This document shows positions 24,862 to 38,149 of a stretch of 64,000 bases of DNA, one piece after another. Both the position numbers and the translations under genes were made by a program. Within the stretch, counting starts at the first letter, position 1. Each line of letters opens with the position of its first letter. The notes beneath the pieces were generated by a model that ran no database searches, was not told where the DNA came from, and saw nothing but the letters and a program-made list of their open reading frames with translations. The DNA is from Mobula hypostoma (taxonomy: Eukaryota): the NCBI RefSeq assembly GCF_963921235.1, contig NC_086108.1:61568001-61632000 (forward strand), read 5' to 3'.

Positions 24862-27719
24862 TTATATTCATTCTAATTTTTTGTATAGCTATGCAGACCA
24901 ACCATTGCTTTGGGCAGATAGTATTTACGCAGCCTGAAAACTGTGCAGCACTTTAAATGTTTTTTTTTGTTTTGAAATATGCATATTATGAATATATAGA
25001 ATAAAAATTAAAAATCACATTCTTTTGATTTGGTTTCTTAATTGAAAAGTATAACGAAATACAGTGCAAGAAAGAAAGTCTTCCACATTATGTAAACTTC
25101 TCAATCAGATTAATTTTGCATTGAAATGAAAGATTCATCTTAATCCTCATTAGATCATCCAAATGCTTCACTTCTAGTCTGTTTCTCAGTTCACATTTGA
25201 TTGAATTCAGAAGACTGAGTCCATATTTTCAGTCAGTACAAGTTGTTTGATGTTCCACATTGCCAACAAGAATTGACAGTTCTTCAAAATTTTTGTTTCT
25301 AAAAACGTACAGTAGTTCAACAAATTAGAGAATGTCTTAATTGAACCAGTCTTAATTTTCTCCGAAATGACAAATTTGAATTTTTGAGGCAATGCTTTTG
25401 TCATAGTTTGTAATGGTAGCTGACCATCATACAACATTCTCTTTTCCAAATTCAAAATTGGGTACATTTGCAAAAGCCTGTCATTCTGTTAGGTCATCAT
25501 CAGGAAATCTATTATCCAAGTGATTACACACGCATTGAATGAATCAAATAATAGGTGCAGTATCAATGTCAGAACTTATAGATGCAAGCAGATCTTTCAC
25601 TTCGTCACTCCAATAAATGGCATCACCAAGACACTGTGACCGTAACTTGGTAATTTCTGCCTTTGCATTCTGTAGTGCTTCAATTGCATTCAAACAGCTT
25701 TTCTGAAGGAATTTGCAACAACGTGCCAGATCTTCTAAAACATCATTAAAGACAATGAATGCTACTCAATACTGTGGATTGGTTAAATCTTCAGGCAGTA
25801 GTTGCTGATGGGATTGTCGCATTCATTAACTTGCTCTTTGCAATACTGAATCAAAACTTTGTAATTCCTCATTAAGGCAATAATGGCAAAATGTCTTTAC
25901 AGCTGTCTTACTTCGTTTAGTTGTCTGAATGACAAAACATCACATTTTGTGACATTAGCAAATTCTTCTAGCTTTCCCTTTTTAGCCGACGACCTGCTGA
26001 ACATTGAATACACTGTCTGTACCAGTGTTTCTATATCCTGCATAACTTTTTTCCATGTGTTATCTAATACCAGGTTTTATCTGTGTGCAACACAATGTTG
26101 CTCAAACAGATGCTTTATTTCACATCAAAGAATTACTGCAGCACCATTATTCTTTCCAACCATAACATTTGCACTGTCTGATGTAAACATCACCATCTTT
26201 TGAATATCAAGATTATTGTTGATATATTTTTCATTGCTTCAACCATAGTGATACTCCACATGCAGTTTAAAAATACCCACAAACACACTCTTATAGGAAG
26301 TTTCATTTTCCAGTCAAAACCTAAAATACAGAAATAACATTTTCTTTACAGAACTGTCTGTACTTTCATCAGCAATTAGTGCAGGGAAAACAGATTTCTG
26401 CAAGTCTTCCATTATCTGTTACTGAAGCACGAAGCTGATGCACTCAACAAATTCAGAAACAGAGATCTTGCTGAGACAATTCTCTGGTATTTTTACATAT
26501 CTGGCCACATGTGCATGAAATTCTTGGGCAGAATGCATAGAAGCATTAATTTTAATTGCTAAGATAATAATATTAATGACTACTTTGGCCATATCAGAGT
26601 TATTGGAGTTAGAATTCTTTCTCACAGCTTGTTTCACTCTTGCTTCACTCTCTGTTGGAGTTTCAGTTAATATGCACAAAATTTCACATTTCCTCTGCTT
26701 TCATAATTTGGTAACTGCATCTATATGAATTCTATGGTTAAGTCGTCACTTTAAGTAGTTTAACTTCCATTCTTCCCATTTTTGCCTCTACTGAGCTCAC
26801 CCCCAACTTTTTATTCGCACAAATGATGCATACGACATCTCCAGTATTTTGATTTGCAAAGGTATCGCCAATTTTTATTTTTTGTTTTTGATGCGAAGAT
26901 GGTAGTTCAGTACCTACGAGTTGCAAAAGCCATTCATCCTTAAATTTTGTGCAAGCTTTGTTCTTCAAAGCATTTAATTCTTCTTTTGTTTTTCTTTTCA
27001 ACATCCTTCAGATACTAATAATAATTATTATTGTTTTGGAATACTAAAAGTAATAATATTTATTATCATTTGAAAATTTTAACAGGGTGAGCCAAAACAT
27101 TTATAATCATAACAAAATAACCATAGGAATGCAAACAATTTGCTGGAAACAAACAACTATTTAATTCAAAAAATCTTATTGGATTATAATATTTTTGAGA
27201 TATTACTCACCGAAAGTGTCAGAATATGGAACTTTCACATCAAACAAACATAAACCATAACTCACAGGTAAGTGAATGATGTCAGGCAGTCAAAACAAGT
27301 AACAGGCATGATTGAAAAAATAAAATGTTCTGACGAGATGGTGTTGGTGTACAGCGGACCGGCAGTTTATTAGCAAAGAGCTATTGACTTCCATTCTGTG
27401 TTTATTGTTACAATTTGTAAGCGTTGTAACTTGAAACACTGACAATGTAAATACATCGAAAATCTAAAATGTATCAAAATAAATGTTGCGGTATGTTTAG
27501 TATTCAGAAAATTTATGGATTATAGTCATTAGAGCATAATTAATTACTGACTATTTCAGAAATATATTCATATAGATTAAAATTTTATCAGCACAATTTC
27601 AAAATTATATTAACATTATATAAAAGAAAGTTCCACGTTCATGGCAACAAAGCCTATGTGCATGGTAGCATTTCAGTTTCTGCATGGCTGTGGACCTGCA
27701 CAGCTTAGAGGGAACAGTG
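24862..27719 (-). mobile_element. Decayed hAT DNA transposon (ZNF862/Tip100-like transposase)
   Basis: Minus-strand LIADESTDSS, FTSDSANVMVG and HCVAHR motifs; terminus cactgttccctctaa with a decayed partner at 24862; 8-bp flanks ccttcaac (24854-24861) and ctttcaac (27720-27727). Confidence 0.88.
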
Positions 27720-27791
27720 CTTTCAACATTTTAATCAGCATGGTCACTTGGATCAGGATGCCAAAGAGTACATGTAGTGACTCTTATCATA

Positions 27792-28004
27792 GCAACACAC
27801 CCAAAATGCTGGAGGAATTCAGCAGGCTAAACAGCATCTATGGAAAAGAGTACAGTTGATGTTTCAGGGCAAAATCTTTCAGCAGGACCTGAAAGGTCTT
27901 GGCCTGAAACATCGACTGTACTCTTTTCCATAAATTCTGCCTGGCCTGCTGAGTTCCTCCAGCATTTCGTGTGTGCTGCTTGGATTTCCAATATCTGCAG
28001 ATTT
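27792..28004. mobile_element. Head-to-head Penelope pLTR mini-element (near-palindrome)
   Basis: Arms of about 90 bp centred near 27885, each containing a decayed hammerhead half; 12-bp TSD actcttatcata at 27780-27791 and 28005-28016. Confidence 0.85.
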
Positions 28005-30177
28005 ACTCTTATCATATCTGGTTATCATTCTGGGCAAGATTGACAGGGTATAAGTTGAGAGGTTCTTTACTGAAGCTGGAGTCCAGGACTTGGGTGCATA
28101 ATCTCAGGAGAAGGGCATCATTCACTTAGCATTGAGATGAGAAGAAATTTCTTTATTCAGGGGTAAATCTTCTGAATTTCTTTTTTTGGTTCTATCTGAG
28201 GACTTTGAAGGATGTGCTTCAAGTGAAAACAAGAGTTTCATCAAACAAATTACAAAGTTGTGTTTATATCAGACCTTTCAGTAACTTGGCACATGAATTG
28301 TTTTTGTATGTAATCATTGTTTTAAAAATGGGAAATATAATGAGGAATAATAGGGCATCAAAATAACTTAAGAGCTATTCTCCCATTAATTTGAGTTTGA
28401 TTGAACTATTTCATAATCCAAAGTACTTGCTTTCTAATTTATGATCTAATACTTGCTATTAGATGATTTATTTATTTAATAATCATTTTATGAGGAGAAT
28501 GCTCATTGGGTTATGTCTCAACTGTTAATTATTTATTGCAATGGCTATCAAAAAGCTTATTAACATTCCTATGAACAACTATTCATGACATTGATTAGTA
28601 GGGGCTGAATTGACACCTCAGAATGGATCATAGATGTCTAATCTGCTCAGAGTTTGTTTTCTTATAGTCAAATGTTGTCGTAAAGCTGGTTACAAGATAT
28701 CAATAACTTTTTTTCTGATTTTGCATTGCATAGAATATACAGCAGAGAAACAACCTATTCAATTAAATTAAATTTTTTTGGTCTTATTAAGCCATAACTT
28801 CTATTCTCAAAGGGGTTAATCTGCACTAATCCATTTTAGCATTAGTACAAGAAGTCTGTGCTGACGTTTATACTCCTCACAAGTTTTCTCTAGCTCATCT
28901 GCAGTATATCATCTCAGTTCTTCAGCATACTTTCCATTCCCTTTTCAGCACAGTATAAAGCAGATTCTTTCTGAAGGTTTTTGAACTATTTAACTCAGCT
29001 ACATTTAGTGGCAGTGAGTTCCAAATTCAAGGTATTCTCTGTATAAGAAGTTTTTTCTTCCCAAGAGGAAAATTGAGGAAGAAAGTATTGTCTGAATCTC
29101 AAGCACATTAACAGTCCTCCCCATTGTAATGTGGAGGTTTAATTTTGCTGGCTGAAAGTTGCTTCCGCCGTGCAAGTCATTTATTGGCCCGTTCGAGGGA
29201 TGCAGTGATTCTTTGCCATTGGTTGCCTTGTGCACCACAACACCAGTTCCTGGTTCCAGGTGCCTCAGGGGTATAAGAATAACATGTTCAAGAGATTCAG
29301 TCTCTCCTTTGTCTCCAGGCGCTTCTTTTCACACTGAGGTTGCAGCCAGTGCTGAAGAACCATTGGGACAGTACGCTGCAGATATCAGAGGCCCATGCAC
29401 AAACATAGCTAAGTATCTACTTGTTGAACATTTAGTTTTGTAGTTGTGTAACTTGGGAAGACTTAATGAAGTACCTGTTGAGTTTGAAGTGTTACTGAGT
29501 GTTTTTGTAACTAAGGGTGGTTTAGATGAGTACTTGTTTGACTTTGATGTTTTGCTGAGTGCTTTACTGTTGTCTGTAAATAAATGCTTAATGTGCTCAC
29601 TCCAAATTAGTGTCTTCTATTCCACCCACTGGATCCTTAAATCTGTTTCCGTGTTACACCTGTACACATAGCTCAGGCTGTAAATTCACGACCCAATGTG
29701 CTATTGAGCCAATTTTGATCCTTGTTTATATTCAATTAGCTGATCACAACTTGGATGCTTAGATGGTAGCAATTAGTCACTGTAGTACTTGGCTTGTAAA
29801 AGGGATAATAGAGCCAGAATTCCAGTTCCTCAGTGCTTTTCAGTTCCAGAAACATTATTGACAATGGTTAAGAACAGAAAGTGGTTTGCCGAAGACACCT
29901 CAAGTAAATTGATGAGCTGCTGGCATTGAGCATATATTGAGTAAAAAAGCCATAGCAGAAAGTTTCAGAGAGACACAATGACACCACCACCTGGTGACAG
30001 AGAGGAGATAACTTTTGGACAGTGTAGATTATTACCAAGTACTTACAACATTGAAGTAGGGCACTCAGCTCAACAGATCCCTGTAATGTTTATGCTTTGT
30101 ACAATCCTATTCCTAATCCTCTTGATGCTCTCCAGCATATCCCCATGTTTCTTTCTTCCTCCTGTTTTTCTCTAATA

Positions 30178-32690
30178 CTCTCAGTGACCAATTTATTAAG
30201 TACCTGTACCACTGAGTGAATGTTCCTATCTTCTGTTGCTGTAACCCACTCACCTCAAGGATCAACAAGTTGTACATTTGGAGATGCCTTTCTGCACAGC
30301 AGAGTTGTAATGCGTGGTTATTTGAGTTACTGTAGCCTTCCTGTCAGCTTGAATCAGTCTGGCTATTCTCCTCTCACGTCTCTCACTAACAAATACAAGT
30401 TCAAGTTCCATTGTCATTCAACCAGGCACATGAATACAGCCAAACAAAATAGTGTTCCTCTGGACAATGCCAACAATCACACACAGCACATATAATTATG
30501 ATAGCAGTAAACTGCAGTCAGGTTTACTGAAAGTCTGAAGTTAGATAAGTCACTTGGACCAAATGGTGTACGCTCCTGAGTTTTGAAACAGGTGGCTGAA
30601 GAGATCGTGGAGGCATTAGTAATGATATTTCAAGAATCACTATTTTCTGGAATGGTTACAGAAGACAGGAAAATTGCAAATGTCACTCCATTCTTCAAGA
30701 AGGGAGAGAGGCAGAAGAAAGGAAACCATAGGCCAGTTAGTCTGACCTCAGTGGTTGGAAGATGTTGGAGTCGATTATTAAGAATGAGGTTTCATGCTAC
30801 TTGGAGGCGCTTGATAAAAAAAGGCCGTAGTCAGCATGGTTTGCTTAAGAGAAAAACTTGCCTGACAAATCAGTTGGAATTCTTTAAAGAAATAACAAGA
30901 TGGATAGACAATGGAGAATCGGTTGATGTTGTGTACTTGGATTTTCAGAAGGCCTTTGACAAGATGCCACACATGAAGCTGCTTAACAAGCTATGAGCCC
31001 ATAATATTACAGGAAAGATCCTAGCATCAATAAAGCAGGGGCTGATTGGCACAAGGCAAAGAGTAGGCTAAAGAAAGCCCTTTCTGGCTGGCTGCTGGTG
31101 ACCAGTGGTGTTCCACAGGGGGTCTGTGTTGGGAATGATTCTTTTTATGTTATATATCAATGATTTGGATGATGGAATTGATGGATTTTTTTGCAAAGTT
31201 TGCAGACAATATGAAGGTAGGTGAAATGGCAGGTAGTTTTGAGGAGGTAGAGAGGCTACAGAGAACTGAGGCGGATTAGGAGAATGGGCAAAAAAATGAC
31301 AGATGGAATACAGTGTTGGGAAGTGTATGGTCATGCAGTTTGGTAGAAGAAATGAAAGGGTTGACTATTTTCTAAATGGAGAGAAAATACAAAAATTGAG
31401 GTGCAAAGGGACTTGGGCATGCTTGTGCAGAATTCCCTAAGGGTTAATTTGCAGGTTGAGTCTGTGGAGAGGAAGGCAATGTTAGCATTCATTTCAAGAG
31501 GACTGGAATATAAAGGCAAGGATGTAATGTCGAGGCTTTGTAAAACACTGGTGAAGTTTTACTTAGAGTACTGTGAGCAGTTTAGGGCCCCTTATCTTAG
31601 AAATGATGTACTGAAACTGGAGAGGGTTCAAAGAAGCTTCATAAAAATGATTCCAAGATTGAATGGCTTGTTATATGAAGAGTGTTTCATGGCTCTGGGC
31701 CTGTGTTCACTGGAATTCAGAAGAATGGGGGTGACCTCATTGAAACCTATTGAATGGTGAAAGGCACTAATATAGTGGATGTGGAGAGGATGTTTCCTAT
31801 GGTGGAAGAGCCAAAGAACAGAGGACGCAGCCTCAGAATAGAGGGGTGTCCTTTTAGAACGGAGATGAAGAAGAATTTCTTTATCCAGGGAGTAGTGAGT
31901 CTGTGGAATTCTTTGTCATCGGCACCTGTGGAGGCCAAGTCTGCATGTATATTTAAGGCAGAGGTTGATAGATTCTGTATTGGTCAGGACGTGAAGGGAT
32001 ACGGTGAAAAAGCAGGAGACTGAGGCTGAGAGGAAAATTGGATCAGCCATGATGAAATGGCAGAGCAGACTCGATGGGTCAAATGGCCTAATTCTGCTCC
32101 TATATCTTATGCTGTTATGGTCTTATATGACCTTGTCAACAAACCAGTGAACCCAACCTGCCGTATTTTACATTACCAATGTCCAACAGAGTTTTGCAAT
32201 CATAAGAAAAATGTCCAAGACAATCATCTGCACCATTTGCTGGATCACGCACTGCATCTGACGCCCTCCTACTTGGGTGCCTGTAACCGCCAGCAACACA
32301 GTGAGCAACAAATCCAGCTCCACTGCCATCGAACAACCAACCAGTGGGACAGGTCTGTCCATGGAACAGGTCTCTTCGTCCACAAGTCTGCCACTCACTG
32401 GTTCTTTTTCCATTTTTCACACTGTTCTCTGTAAACTCTAGACTGTTGTGTGTGAAAATCCTAAGAGATCAGCAGTTTCTGAAATGCTCATACCACCCCG
32501 TCTGACACCAACAATCATTCCACAGTAGAAGTCACTTAGATCACATTTCTTCCCCAGTCTGGTGTTTGCTCTGAACAACCTCCTGACTGTGTCTGCATGC
32601 TTTTATGCACTGAGTTGCCCCCAAATATTTGGCTGATTAGATATTAATGCGCAGGCGTACAGGTGTACTTAACAAAGCTGTCAATAAATG
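30178..32690. mobile_element. Tc1/mariner-type non-autonomous element split by nested LINE insertions
   Basis: TA-flanked decayed TIRs ctctcagtgaccaatttattaagtac / gtacttaacaaagctgtcaataaatg; own sequence about 30178-30390 and 32385-32690; matches the copy at 63738. Confidence 0.7.
30522..32130 (+). mobile_element. Decayed CR1 LINE (RT to 3' tail)
   Basis: NHRPVSLTSVVG and [10 protein letters not shown] motifs; tail tcttatgctgttatggtcttatat. Confidence 0.92.
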
Positions 32691-33164
32691 TATAAAGTGT
32701 TCTGTTGTAATATTATGTAAAGAAACAAATCCAACATTACTACCATGTCTATAAAGCAGTCCAACCAGATTCTTATTTTAGAGGCTATTATCTTAGCTCA
32801 TTTAGTGAATATATTTGTTTGCATAGAAAGAGCTGGTGACGTCACTACACATATAGTTATCACATCCAAACGCAACCTGAGCTGATGGCAATTTAATTCT
32901 ATAGTGTCTTAGCTTCAATAAATCATAGTTCATATTCTAGAAATGAACTAAATGAAAAATATCTTTGTGATCTGAATTCTAACGAACAAGCTTGATAGTT
33001 TTATGTATACACGTGGACTGATTTGGTTTTATACTGCCTCCAGTTATCAGATCTTCACTGAATTATTAGTTAAGGCAATTCCTTAATCAAAGAAGAAAAA
33101 AAAAACAGATTTGCGCTCCCATTAATTTTTTAGTAATTCTGCTAGAAAACATATGAATGTTTAT

Positions 33165-33385
33165 TTTATTTTATTGAAAGATACAGCACGGGAACAGGTC
33201 CTTCCAGTCCAGTAAACCCATGACACCCAATTACACCCATGTGACCAATTAACCTAGCAATGCCTATGTCTTTGGAATGTGGGAGGGAAGCAGAGCAGCT
33301 GGGAAACCCACAGGGTTAAGGGGAGAATACACCAACTCCTTACAGATAACGGTAGTGAACCCAGCGCACTGATATTCTTATAGCT
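33165..33385 (-). mobile_element. HE1/V-SINE-like SINE fragment
   Basis: Antisense cttccctcccacattccaaagac V-domain-like core; similar to 36868-37150. Confidence 0.7.
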
Positions 33386-35274
33386 GAATTAGAATCTACT
33401 GTGATGCAGCAAATGATCATAGACTATCATCATCTGGTGTAAAATTTCGCAGATTATGTCTGTGAAAATGGAATTGGGAAAATGGAATTGGAAGAATGGC
33501 CTTTAAATCTAAAGTAAAATAACAAAGCTGTTCCTTCCCAATGAAGATGTTTGATTTGTTAAAAGATCTGACCAATGGGCCTGTGCATTTCGAATGCCAA
33601 ATAGTGAATGAAATGTCAAAGGAAAGATGGGGTAAGATCTTGCGAGGAAAAGGAAATTCAGAGCAATGAGAAGGGGACAGAGAGCAGGAGGAGCTGGATT
33701 GCACTTGACTTTATGGGCCATGAACTCATATTTTCTGCTATAATCATGCTGTGATTTGGTCTTATGTAAACTGTCAATACTGAGTAAAAGAAAACTAGAA
33801 AAGAGTGAAACCACCTTGGTTTCCTCCGCTGTGTAAATCTAGGGAAAGTAATCTCTGGCCCCGCCAAACATGTGAACCCCCCCCCACCACCACAAACCCC
33901 TTTGTTTGTGTGGATGCTGTGTCATTTGCTACCCTGTTGCAAATTAATGCCACAAAATGACAGATAGTACACTGCATACGATTAAAGGAATTATATTTAA
34001 GAATCTTAACTGAAGGGCTAGTGAGGACTAACAAAAAGAAAAGAGCCCATTCTAATTAAACAGTCAAATGTGTGCAAGTTTGAGCTCATCTTGAACTTCT
34101 CTGTCATTTACACACTGGGCCCTCGATTGTCCCTTACCAAGAAAACCTCCCACTAATTGGATGGCACACAATCCACACCATCCCTTATCTTCAACAAAAA
34201 CCAAAACAGGCTGAAAGCAGAACAGCACAAAATGAAATACATACAGCATAGCAGTAAAAATATGAAAGCAAGCAGCTTGCGCAGTAAAAAAAAATGAACC
34301 AGGGCATTATAAGAGTAACGAGAAAATCAGGCTAAACTCTTAAATTCTATACCATATTGAACAAAGCAGTATAAAATGTGACTGGCATTCCATTCATCAC
34401 CCATAATAGTCACTGAATCTACCATATTGCTAAGGCTATACATTATACCATCTATAAAATTCATAGTAACAACTCTGAGACTTCTTGCTAGTTTCACACA
34501 TATCTACAACCCTTACCACTGAGAAGGACAAAGGTATCACATGCTGGTGAACTCTCAAAGGCAGTTTCCCCCAAACTAGCCCACTTATGAAATGGGAAGG
34601 TAACATCGTTCCAACACTGGCACTGGATTTTATTCCTGGATCTTGCCACCCAATAACATTATGGAAAAAAACACTTTCAACATGAGGATTATTCACCACC
34701 ATCCTCTTAAATACAATAAACATTGGCTTTGCCAATGACACAACATATTCAGTAATTAAATAACATGTTTAAACCTATGTTACATTTTAAAAAATCTACC
34801 TATCTGTCGGAAAATTATTTTAATACAAGTTTTATTGCATTGCATCTACTGGAAATAGTTATCCATGTAAAATATTTATTGCATCATATCTGATGCATCA
34901 ATCAAAGCTAACGTAATTGAAAATGTTATTTTAAATACAATGAGAATAGAAAATAAATCAATTATTTCACTTAGAATTGAGCTTTATGTTAGTTTAAGGT
35001 TTATTAAGTCGGTTAAAAGCAATTCTGAATGCCAATTTACACGCTGGCCTGATAATGGCTTGCAGTACTCTGATGATTTTTTTTGGAGCGGAATAACTTA
35101 GCATACTTAATGGAATAAAAATATTGGCTTCACCAGCTGTAACACTTTTGCAATAAATTTTCATTCACGATCTCAACGCATACATGGAATGAGAGTGATA
35201 GTTCACTCACTAGGCCCCAGTATCCAGTGACATACAGATTATTTAAAAACAACCATCAAAACATTGCACAAACA

Positions 35275-36200
35275 ATAAATAAGGAGCAGTAGGCAACTCT
35301 GACCTCAAGGCTGCTCTTCTCTTTAATAAGATCATGGCTGACTTAATGTAACCTCAACTTTGCATTCCTGTCAATCCACAGTAACCCTTCACCCCAATAC
35401 TCCTCAAGAATCTATTTATCTCTATTCAAAGACTCTGCTTCTTTTGATGTGATAAATTCCAAAAACTCAGAACTCTCTGAAAGAAGGTTTCTGTCTTAAA
35501 TTGGTGATCCCTTATTTTGAAACAGGGACCTCTATAACTAGCTTCTTCCACAAGGGAAATATTCCCTCAGCATTCACCCTGCTCAGAATCTTGTATGCCT
35601 CAATCTAGTCCTTTCTTACTTTTATAAACTGCAGCACATAGAAAGTTACCCTGCCCAATGTTTCTTTATACGACAATCTGCCCATTCCAGATATTAAACT
35701 AGTAAGTCTTCCCTGAACTGGGCCCCAGTATCCAGAAGCATTAACATCCTTCCTAAAAGTGGGGCAGAGGAGGGGAAAAAAAGGATCAGCCATGGCTGAA
35801 TTGAATGGCGGAGCGGACTCGAAAGGCCAAATGACCTAATTCTGCTACTATGTCTTAATGCTAATAATAATAGCATTATTATTATGCTAATAATTAGTTC
35901 TTATTATTAGGAGAACTAATAATGTACATATTACTCCAGGTCTGGTCTCAATAATGCAATATACAAAAAATAACTCCTCTACTTTTACACTTTACTGTTT
36001 CCCTTATCAATAAACAATTATATTCTGATAGCTTTCCTCATTACTTCGAACATCTACATACCAGCTTTTTGTTCATCATGCACCACAGCAGGATCCTTTT
36101 CCTCTCAGAGATCTGCAATATCTCAACATCTAGATATGATTTTTTTTTTATTTTTCTCTCAAAATGGACACGTTTTCATATTCCAGAACTTTGTCGACAT
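35275..36200 (-). mobile_element. Decayed CR1, interrupted by an oppositely oriented CR1 3' UTR piece and filler DNA (about 35755-35925)
   Basis: Antisense CR1 3' end from aggagcagtaggc; ORF 35605-35793 contains LSYKETLGR. Confidence 0.7.
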
Positions 36201-36867
36201 CCTTTTCTATGGCAGAAACGTACAGATTTTAGGTGAAGGTTCTACAGGAATGTGGAAGAGATACATCTGACAGTTCCACAGAAACCGTTGGCCAATTGTG
36301 ATGTCTTCTCCAGCTTCCACACTTGTGCATGTCAACTCAAATGAATTCAGAAACAAGCGGTAGATCAAATATTGGTGAACCTGACCTCCCGATCCAGGCA
36401 AGGACTAAAACACATAGTCCAAGAGCAACACAAATGTATAAAGTTGGGGGATACAATGCACTGTGCATCGAGTAACTAAACAGGGCTGCTAACCTTGAAC
36501 AACAAGCTCAGTACAGATATGCACTAATTTTTAGTTAAGTCATTATTTTTAAGGTATTGGGTACATTAAAAGGATATCGGGGCAGAATGGGAAGCCTTTA
36601 AGATCCAACCACCATGATATTTATGGAAGTCATGCCTTAATGCCTTCAGTGCAAACAACCCTAACCATTAACAATTCCTTTCCCTCGCCCAGATGCAGCT
36701 CATCTCATTCATTGAGTTCCTCTAGCAGATTGCTTATTTGCTCAGATTCCAGCACTTGCATCTTTTGTGTCTCTAGCAATCTGACCTGCAGGTTCACAAA
36801 GAGCAAGAGCGACCATGAGCAGCGTAGAGTGGCAAGCTGGATCAACCGTGATACAGGACAATATCAC

Positions 36868-37150
36868 GTGGCGCCACAGTAGCGTAGCAGTTAGCATGAC
36901 GCTATTACAGCTTGGGCTGTTCCGGAGTTCAGAGTTCAATTCGGGTGCTGCCTGTGCAGACGCTGTATGTTCTCTCCGTGAATGGCGTGCGTTTCCTCCG
37001 GGTATTCCCGTTTCCACCCACAGTCCAAAGGCGCACACGTTAGTAGGTTAATTGGGCATTGTAATTGCCCTGTGATTACGTGAGTGTTAAATAGGTGGAT
37101 TGCTGTGCAGGGTGGCTTGCTGGGCCAGAAGACCCTGTTCCATAAATTAA
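36868..37150 (+). mobile_element. tRNA-derived HE1/V-SINE-like SINE
   Basis: A-box-like tagcgtagcagtta, B-box-like gagttcaattc, V-domain-like gtttcctccgggtattcccgtttccacccacagtccaaag. Confidence 0.8.
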
Positions 37151-38149
37151 ATCAGATCCTGAGGAAAAAAATCATCATGTGTGAATCCACTACCTAAACA
37201 AACTCTGTAGAACTAAATGATAGAAAGTTATAGAGGCTAAATAAATAAGCAAGGATGGACTGGGAGTATGTGCACAGAAGGAAAATGAGAGTCATGGCAG
37301 ATCCAAGCATCAAGAACGAGTGAGCTTTACCTTTCACTGATATAGCAATTCTTAACGTTGGTAGAAGTTCCAATTAGTAAATCTTTGTTATTATTCAAAA
37401 ACACCGTCCCTCTCTTCAATGAGCACAAAGATGAGGGTATATATTGTGAGTAAGAGTTACAAACTGAAAAGAGGTGTTATAGTTGGTTCAACTACGCCTG
37501 AGACAGCAATTTTCACAGAACTGCAGTAAGGAATCCTAATTCAGCAACAAATTGATGAGATAATCTCACTTTCCTAACATACCAACAAACTTCATTTTGA
37601 ACATGCAGAGAGCATCCGAAAGATTTCATGCATTCACACAATACCACTTAATTTGGATTCAATTTTATTAGATGTTGATACTTGTGGTATCAAATGGGAA
37701 AATAATAATTCAGAGATTCCACAACAATTACAATATATTCATGCATAAAAGTTTGTAATCTGTGCTTTGTGCTCTGTGTTCTATCACTGTCCACTCCTTG
37801 TATTCTCTCTGAATTGGAATGTACATCACTATATCATATTATATTTAAGTCATTCCTTCCTATTTCCTTAGAACCACAGAACTCCTCTATAACTGCAAGA
37901 TTCCCACAGATCAAGACTACAATCAAATTAGAAATGTTTGCCAATTTACCTTACATCCTTCCTACTTCATAAAAAATATCAACTATCTACATCTTTGATT
38001 TCATATAATGTCTAAGAATTTGTACAAATGATTTACCCTCTAAATAATGATGTTATATGGAAGATACAAGAACAAAGACCACTAGCCAGTTCTATATTGA
38101 CTATAACTTTCCAGTTCTATATTGACTATAACTTTTTGAATTATTACAA

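Noticed and set aside
29329..29331. Selenocysteine or readthrough TGA
   Set aside because: No SECIS identified and no evidence the frame is coding
36868..36950. tRNA gene, also considered at 60290-60368
   Set aside because: SINE heads continuing into SINE bodies; no intact cloverleaf
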